From assembly GCA_964658305.1 (NCBI GenBank), contig OZ210884.1:7440001-7504000 (forward strand): 64,000 bases of DNA. The letters run 5' to 3'. The DNA is from Leptogorgia sarmentosa. Taxonomy: Eukaryota. The notes under the pieces were generated by a model that saw only the letters and a program-made list of their open reading frames with translations, searched no databases and was not told the DNA's origin. Of this stretch, positions 48,201 through 64,000 are shown piece after piece (the first letter of the stretch is position 1; each line of letters starts with the position of its first letter). Both the position numbers and the translations under genes were made by a program.

Positions 48201-50889
48201 GAATCTTGGCGTGTAAACGCACCTTCATAGCGACAAAATTTTCCATCGCCAACAAATCCGGAATGGCAACGACATTGGAATGACCCTGGTGTCTCGAAAC
48301 AGCTTGCATTGACATGGCACACACTACGCTCTGAACATTCATGAATGTCTATTTAAAAAGAGAAAGCCTGGTCAAATGAAGCCAGCATGTTGGTCCAACA
48401 TCATCCAACTTAACATTGCTGGATGCAACATGTTGACCTTGTTGGCTATGTTGGATGATGTTGGATGATGTTGGATAATGTTGGATAATGTTGGATAATG
48501 TTGGATAATTTCAAAAAAAAAAATTTCATATACGTCGTGCAACATTGTCGGCCTAACGATCTTGGCTTCGTTTGAACAGGCCTTTACAGGTTGTCAGAAA
48601 TAATTCCACTTCCCCTTTAAACGATTCAAATTTTTAGCAGCTTTCTACTCTTTGAGCTACTTTACAGTGGACAAAAAAAGGCAGGCCAACGTGAGATTCA
48701 ATGCTAGGATTAATTGGCCTGCCAATGATTTGATAAACGCTTATTAAAGATAGTCCTATATCATACAGATGACCAACATCTTTTTATAAAAAAATACCAT
48801 TAAGAACTAGCCTGTACAGTTTCTCCCGTCTCCAGTGAAGCCTTTTTTGCACTTGCATTGAAATGAAGTTCCTGTTCTCGTGCAAACTGCGTCTGGATGG
48901 CATGGCTTCAACTGGCAAGCTTAAAGAAAGAATTAACATACATTAGTTTGTTTGAATGTTTCAGATTTAATTGCGCACTGCATGGCAACACATACTGTAT
49001 ATTGAGAGTTTAATGCTATAGTATAACCCTTAAAATCCTTTATCTTAATTGCCGCTTTCAAACAAAATGTTTTGCGTGATACTGCCAGCAATTCTGCTTC
49101 CCGCATAATCAAGTATAAAAACGTTTTTGTTATATTACGCTAGTAATAAAATGACTTAATAATATAAAAAAATTGATTATTTATTTTTTTCTTCCATTTG
49201 TCAACAACATAAGAGTGTAAATTTCTCAACTCAAACAGCTGGAAATCATTTAGTCCTCTTACCATCTTCTGTTACAGTTAAATTCTTTGAAGAAACACAG
49301 AAAAACGTGGGTATCCCAGTAAAAAACTGACAATGATAGCCAAACTGGCCGAGGTCTTTCGTCATAGTTATTTCATGATGACATGTGGATGTAAATGACG
49401 GTAGATGCTTCCCAGGTATGTTTCCCACATTGTTACAATAATGGAGAGGCTTCAAATCTGGGCCAAATACGATAATCTTTAATATCTTTACGAGTAGCGG
49501 ATTGTGTTTTGTGTGGTCAAGTTTCTGACCATCGATGCCATTACAATAAATTGTCACATTGGTCCCATTGAGAACACTGCTACCAGGACTAAAGGATATA
49601 TTGCCATTTACATTCTGAGTCAGAGGAACTAAATTTAGAAAGACGATTAAATAATAAGCAATGGCAAACGATTATAGATTTTATTTTTGACGATATGATG
49701 TTTCGTAGCGATTGAGCATTCATTATTCAATTCTACGATTCTGCATGCCAAAGTGTTCTCAGACAGCGTCCGTTCTTCCTCCGCACGTCAATATTATGAA
49801 AAATATGAGCAAAGAAAATTCTTTATAGATTTCTAAAAATTTCGATATTGTATGGGAAAAACAACAGGAAAAGCGTTTTTCACACAACAGTAATTTAGAA
49901 TCGTTAATTGCTAAATCTAAAAATTCTTCCTGACTGCATGGTATAACTAAATTTTAGGTTTCAAGTTCTAGAATGTTTCGTAAAGAAATTTAGTATTACA
50001 GTAATCTACTTTCTGCCAAATAATGCTTAATAAAACAAGATAATAAATTGCTATGGCAACATTATAAGGGTGATGAATTTAATTTCTGTCGAAACTCCTC
50101 TTAGACAGTAAAAGACATACAGAAAATAGAATCTTCCAGGCTATAATCCTTTAAAGAACTTTCAGTCCCACACAATGCAACAATACGTCGTTATCCAGAA
50201 ATGTGTTTGAATTGAAATGTCTCATGTTGTTCAAGAAACACTTAATAATCCACACAAAAAATTTTGAAACAAGACTGATTTCGACGATTATTATTTTTAA
50301 TTGAAAGATAAGAAGCAGTTGTTTTATTTGTAAATAATTATTTGATATTCAGGGGGCGGTTGTTCAAAAGCCAGTTATTTTAACCCAGGGTTAACCTAAA
50401 ATTCAAAGCAAATTCTCCAACAATTTGTTTTTTAATTTAGAAATGTTCTTCAGAAATTTTGTGTAGATCATTAACTTTCCTTATTTGAAGTTTTGAAGTA
50501 AACAGACGCGCAAAAATACACGAACTAAAACACTAAATTTTAACCCAGGATTAGCCTTAACCTAGCTTTGAGCAACCGGCCCCAGTTCCTTCACAGTTAA
50601 GAAAATTGGATCCACTTCACACGCAGTTACTGACATTGGCTCATTTAGCTACTATATTAATTCATTTTGCCTCCCAAAATGGGGGAGTTGAGGCCAGGTG
50701 GCATAGCGTGAGAATAATTACTTTCTTGTCAGACGGGCTTCATTATTTAGTACTTGATCGAAATTGTTTGACATATATGTACAATAGCTATATACCTGAG
50801 TCCGAACATGCTTTCTTGTTCATTTCATCCGCGATGACTGCTCCACGGAGCAGAAGAATGCTCATGACCCCCAACAAGACAATTGTCAT
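42238..50889 (-). CDS. Receptor tyrosine kinase B: SP-Ig-EGF-cbEGF-TM-TK, ~677 aa, 15 exons
   Basis: Exons 50796-50889, 49263-49628, 48812-48919 (GC donor), 48223-48348 ([28 protein letters not shown]), 47221-47381 (TM), 46994-47138, 46314-46481, 45809-45925, 45135-45334, 44688-44813, 44249-44319, 43984-44024, 43607-43703, 42998-43100, 42238-42348. [30 protein letters not shown]. Confidence 0.88.
43281..43513. mobile_element. MITE-like element
   Basis: GACCTTACCGATTATTC.C.TTTACC.AATG.CCTCGTTTTCA ... TGAAAACGAGGCCATTGGGTAAAATGTGAATAATCGGTAAGGCC. Confidence 0.8.
47594..47672. repeat. Near-perfect hairpin
   Basis: AAACGATAGGAATCAAGGGTGTTGGCGTAATAATA / TATTATTACGCCAACA(TGCA)CCCTTGATTCCTATCGTTT. 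Confidence 0.85.
47991..48182. repeat. Tandem array of 13-bp self-complementary units AACCGTGGTT(ATA/AAG)
   Basis: About 12 copies, directly visible, interrupted once. Confidence 0.9.
48363..48585. mobile_element. MITE with internal (ATGTTGGATA/G)n tandem; fragment also at ~54897-54940
   Basis: TIR AAGCCTGGTCAAATGAAGCCA / TGGCTTCGTTTGAACAGGCCTTT. Confidence 0.75.
50350..50585. mobile_element. PIF/Harbinger-like MITE
   Basis: GGGGCGGTTGTTCAAAAGCC ... GCTTTGAGCAACCGGCCC with CAG on both sides. Confidence 0.78.
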
Positions 50890-52387
50890 AACAAAACAAG
50901 CTGAATGACTGTCAATGACTTTTCCTTTATCTTTCTTTCAATCAACCATACAATGTTTACATAGATTTAAATGTGCTCTCCTTCAATATTGATCGACCTA
51001 TAGGTATCAAATAAGTTTGTTAGTATTGTTCAATGAATGTAGTTCGTTCTATCTGTTAATCGTTACAAACTGATTTATTTGTATGACAATACAAAATATG
51101 TATAATTGTTCATGCACTCGTTTGTACTTGATTAATATCTTAATGACTCATTCTTAAAGTGTAAGTACACTGCAAGATTTAATAAATGCCTACCTTCAAT
51201 GACCAGAACTATCTACTTGATAAAAGAATGCGTAGTATAAATACCCCATGCAGTATTCGACACATGAAACAAATGGTTTCATCTGATACCTTACCTGCTA
51301 GTGATATCTAAGATGTGAGTCCTTTTCGCTTAGCTTCATCGATCATAGAATTGGTAGAAGAGAAGTTTCAAACCTTTGTCGAAAATCTAGTTCAGATAAT
51401 AACTATTGCATTAATACACTCTGTTCGTATCTAATAAAATATATTGTATAAATATATACTTACTCGCATTCTTATGTCCATTTTATATTGACAATGACCA
51501 GTAAAACGCAATCCAGAAATTTATGTACACGTGCCGCAATGAAGGTTTAAATCCTGAGAATTATACACGGCTAAAGCCCATAATGTTATGTTTCTTCAAT
51601 CTTGACTGGCATTTTGTCTCTTTCAGGGTTGAAAGCCTTTCAACTTTGATACTTTGCATGCATGACTTTTTTCGTGAAAACTCAAAAGCCAATATAAAAC
51701 ATTCAAGCAAAATGGATCTTTCATTTCTTGCGTCAGCAGATCGTTAAATTTCTCTTTTATTGAAATTCCATGGAAGAAAGAAACGATCGTTAAATGCAAT
51801 GATGAAAACTTACACTCAAAAGAGGCTTTTCACAATCGGTAACATCTCTATTACAGGCCTGATCAATTATTAAACTGTTGGTTATTTTCACACATAAGAA
51901 TTCATTTCATTTTTAAGGGAATATTGAGTATTCATGTCGCTACGAGGTAACCAGGAAACGAAGAAGAAACTGGTAATAATTATTATTCATAAGGAGGATT
52001 TCATTCAAGTTTTGACCAATAACCTTTAAAGGAATGCATCCAAGTCCTTCGCATGTTGAACCAATCGAATTCTCTCCCTAATACTTAACTCCAAGCACCT
52101 TACTTTAACCATATTCACTCAATCCGCCCACGTCGTTTTCAAAATTCTTTCGATCAAAGATTAAATAGAATTTACAAAATTTATCGCTGTTATTTTTTGA
52201 GAACACGACATTTTTCTCGGCTCTTATTTAGCCAAAAACATGCATTATGATATTTGTTCCCATAGTTAATGGTTGTAGGCTAATACATTTTGGTAGTTAA
52301 TTATTGAAATTTATGCTAAGTAATGTCAGCATTAGTTAAAGTTAATTCTCCAACTGAAATTTCTTCATATGATTTCTGGGCGTGTTG

Positions 52388-59724
<7,337 letters not shown>

Positions 59725-61878
59725 TTTTTCAAGAATATTCCAACCTGAAAATTGACAGCAACGTTTTTATTACGAGATAATCTTTCAGACTAATAAGATT
59801 TCCATGAGAAGAAAAATTATAGCTCGGCTTTTCTGCATGAATGCATAAAAAACTGCATGAAAATTTCAAAATCACTCTCAACTTGGCAAAGCCGCTAGAA
59901 GTTTTTTCTTGATTGCTTCTATAGTTACAATTCGAACATTAATTAATGAGAATCAAATAAATTCTAACAAAAGATATAATTGATAATTAAAAATTGAGTT
60001 ACACCGTTAAGTTCTAATTGTAATTTAATCAAAGGGCTCTCGGTGACAAAGTGTCCATGTAATAATCCTTAACAACGAAAAGTGTCTTGGCCTACAGTGC
60101 ACCGTGCAAAGTATAGACCTTTGATGAGATTGTATCACAGATGAAATCTGAAGTAGAAATTGCAATGGCAGTGGCGATTGGAATTTTGAAATATTTTGTT
60201 GCACGTCTCATTTTCACAATCAAATTTTGGTGATTTTAGGACTGTTTTGGTGATTGTAAACATTATTATCTATGTCAATGGTTTCTTATATAACACATTT
60301 GAGCAACATATATAAGCCCATAGCTACCGTAGCTATATAACTAAAAATTGACAATATGCGTGGGTCTAAGGCGAGGTTTCATTAATTTATTTCATAGCGT
60401 ACCGCGTACAGTTTGTAAATTATAATCAATTAGAAGGGATGGGAACATATCCTAAATCGTATCGCAACACCGTAGGCTATTACTGTTGCCATATATAGTG
60501 ATCGTTCTTTCTTTCAGTTAGGAACAATATATTTCTGAGTGTGAAATATTTTGTACCGAGTATAATACATTTAAATACGAACGAAAATAAGTTAATTCAT
60601 ATTCGTAAAGAAAATGTTAAAAATTTATATATTATTGTCTGTAAAAAACTGAGTCTCTTGCTTGAGATACTTAGCTAGCAACTGGGCTGCCGCTGATTCC
60701 ATTTCTCTTGTATAGTTTAGCTACATTTCAATATCGTATGCCGACAATAAGTACGTATTTACAAGCTATAGCCAGAATACTCAGTTTATGGTAGCAATCA
60801 AACATTCATGTAATGATTATACATTATTTGAATTCATCATACTAATACCTTAACTCTTTCAAGTACTGTCACTTTGACTTCGTCTTAAGTATTTCCGTAA
60901 TTCAGCAATCATTTGTCCAAATTGAATCAAATATTACTCCGTAGAATTATACGATAAAATCTTTTGAAACCACTACATGTCCAAGAATATAATGCCTTTC
61001 AAATCGTTGTCACTTCTTGCGATAAAACTAATTAAAGAAAGCAAAGATCTTTGATTCTTCTATGTTATAAGGACGTGATGAAAGTTGGCCAGTAGCATTG
61101 CTGTTTGAGGGCTTTTATCCGGATTTGCAGGTTAGGGAAATATTTTTAAGCATAAAAGAAATATTGTATTCTTTGTTACGCCACTCACCTTTAATCTTTG
61201 TTGCCACTCACCTGCTGTAGCAAAGACAAAAGATTTTTGGAAGACAAAATTCTTCAAAGCAAATATCAACCTAGCAATGATTGATTGTTGTCGTTAAGTT
61301 TCATATCTATAGATCATTATTGTTACAGATTTGATTGATTGTAAGTTACAATCAATCAGGATATTCCTGAATTAATGCAGACGTCATTGTAACTAGAGCT
61401 TATCCTGAATCATTTTTTTTTCAGTTACTTCAATTCTTAAATTCTGGATCCAGCAAACAACATAAGCAACTGTCTTAATTATTTTATTAATTTATTATCC
61501 GTGTAACTATTCGTGTCTTGATATTGCGACTAAATTCAAGTGCCACCTTTTATACTGAGAACCATACAACCAACAAATTCAATGGAATAGAACGTATATA
61601 ATTTTAGCAATGAAATACATCAATATTTGCACTCGCTTTTGATCGATTAGTGGATATCCAGTTAAACACTTCTACCAATAGCATAAATATCCTTGCCAGA
61701 ACCAGAATTTTTTACATGGGGATCTATTTTGGGGTTGTTAAACTGACAATATACGATTGTAATCTGAAATTGCCAGTTTTCCTACCAGGCTTCTTTTAAA
61801 TTATCTTTATTTTATATGTACATGATTTTCAAGTATTTGTATAAATTCTTGCTCTATTGAGCTGATATTTTATGATTG

Positions 61879-63768
61879 TTACAAGGGAGTGTTGTCTTCT
61901 CCTAAACCAATTCTGTGAAATCCTTTCCCTTTACACGTTTTGCACTCGGTATCTTCTTTGGTTTTACCACGAATGAAATTCATAATGATCCGCCATAATG
62001 GCCGAAGTGAGCCCGTTTCTCCCTCTGGGCCAATCATTGCCAAGACTGTTGTGAAGAGGATTAGGGAATATAGAATAGACAAACCGATGGTACAGAATAT
62101 AAAAATCCCAAACTGTTTAAAGAAGATAATTTTAGCTGCTAACATAAAGATTGATGATCCCAGTGTGGTACAAGCACCAGAGAAGACGGATATCCCCACA
62201 TGACCCAATGTGTACTTCACTCTTGCAACTCGATCTTCACCTTCCAATTCCATATATCCATCTGCTAAATGTACGACGTAATCCACCGCTAGACCAACAA
62301 CGAGTGTTAGATTAAGAGATTCAAACACTCCAAGATTCCAGCCAAGAATTGGGATCAAACCAAGAACACCACCTGTTACCATAGCGATTGTTAGGGTCGC
62401 CATGAGACCAACAATGATGTTTGCTGTTGCCAGCGTTAGCACAACCAATGCAAGACCTAAACCAGTACCGATTCCAGAGAATGCACTGTTGACTAAAATC
62501 TGCGAGGAAAAATAAAATGAATTATTTTTAGGTTAATATTTTCCCGAAGAAGAGCCTTTGCTTAAAACATTGATTTGTATTTTTTTAATTTCATACAGCT
62601 AGCTCAAATTTTTGCCACCATGTTAATCTGTCAATAGTGTTCTCAAAGTTTGAATATTTTCTAAAAAAACTACCTCTTGTACTTTCAGCCATTGCCACTC
62701 GTTTCTTGCTGAAACCGTTGCCTGGAAACCATTGTTACATGACGATGGCATGTCATTCATCTAAACAAAACGCAACAATAATATTTTAGATGTAGTACCG
62801 TTTCATTCCTCTTATATTTATCTGTTTAATATACGAGCGAGATTTCAAAATGCAGCAAAAGTTCCTCTCATTACCCAAGATTCATCGTTTCGAGTGCCCT
62901 CAACTAGTGCCCTCACTCGAAACGTTGAATCTTCTTGACGTATTCTTTTGCGGAGTGAGTAGAGCCTAACGTTCGCTGCTTTTTGATGATGCCATCCGTA
63001 TTGAAGTTTAAATTCACTTAGTTTAATATTAAAATAACTTACTTCATTCTGAATAAATTCTTCCCAGTTATCATGGATCGGTAGGCCATCCCTGTATCCC
63101 AACGTGATAGGATTTAAGGTTGTATTGAAGGCAATAGCAACATACAATAAACGATTACCAAACTTGTTTCCTTCAAAATAACAGATACACAAGTTTATGA
63201 CAAGAGTGAAGGGAAAACGAAGTATTGAATGTTGATTACAATTAGATTTAATAGACAGATAAAAAGGATGATAACTATATAACAATACATAATAACAGTT
63301 GCAGATTTAATTTAATTTTGAAATGTAGTAAAATGTATTGTTGATAGAGGCTAGCCTTGAGGATCTCATAGTTTCACTAAGCTTTGATGAAGAAAGAACC
63401 GAAGAAATTTGAGAGATCAGCAAAAGCTGTATGACTACTTACAGTCCCCTACTGGCTGGAATAACAACATAAATCATAGTGTTACCTTTTATACTCCCAC
63501 GGTTTGCAATAGAAGACGGATCAACTTCTCCTCCGAACAAATCTTGATATTTATCATAATCGTAACTAGAAGCAAAGTCTGGTGAGGCTCCTTGTGTTAT
63601 AAAATAACCCAATCCTACTTCAAAGAATCTGTAATATGATGATGGTAAATCATTGACGGAGATGTTGAATATCTTTGGATTAAGTTCCATTAACGTTGTC
63701 ATTTTGGCAGAATTGACAGGAAAACCAAACTGTGTTCCATTTGGGTATTGGGTTTTGTTACCTTCGTC
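61879..63768 (-). CDS. Dispatched-family (DISP3/PTCHD2-like) RND sterol-sensing membrane protein, 3' portion
   Basis: Exons 63486-63768, 63043-63170, 62674-62760, 61879-62499. C-terminal TM bundle GWNLGVFESLNLTLVVGLAVDYVVHL...GISVFSGACTT...FFKQFG with a GxxxD motif. Upstream exons are unresolved or outside the window. Confidence 0.8.
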
Positions 63769-64000
63769 CTATAAAAACAAAATAAATGTGTTATTAATAC
63801 AAGTTTTCTAGGGATACACATGCTGTACGTCCATCCTTGCAACGCTTAATATAGGCAAATTAAATTAGGCATGTAAGAAATGACATCACCTTTGGGTAGT
63901 GATATCAAATGAGATCACACAAGCGAAATTTGAGGTTGTCTTAATGTTATCAGGAAACTTTTTTTAATGACATCTATAAGTACTGAGATTTACCAAACTA

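Noticed and set aside
63890..64000. Further Dispatched exon at the right edge
   Set aside because: The candidate donor at 63889 gives stops in every phase when joined to the 63768 acceptor

Overview
AT-rich, intron-containing animal genomic DNA. The gene and repeat content suggests a marine invertebrate, possibly a cnidarian (inference only). I rebuilt six genes by hand from splice sites and reading-frame phase. (1) A minus-strand ~2,900+ aa membrane mucin of KIAA1549/UPF0606-like architecture, with a 7.2-kb exon, running off the left edge. (2) DRC10/IQCD on the plus strand, head-to-head with the mucin across a promoter with an RFX X-box-like site. (3-5) Three tandem minus-strand receptor tyrosine kinases with matching kinase exon structure and shared tail motifs (YIN[IV]...RYTxx-stop) but different ectodomains: Ig-Ig-FN3-FN3-Ig-FN3-FN3, Ig-EGF-cbEGF and Ig-FN3-FN3. 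(6) The 3' part of a Dispatched-family RND/sterol-sensing transporter. Introns contain many MITEs, several with readable target-site duplications (TSDs), and Penelope-type minimal hammerhead remnants. The best candidate for an undescribed system is the ectodomain-swapped RTK cluster, which has positionally conserved ITIM/YxN-like tyrosines and a GC-donor switch that could yield a secreted decoy.
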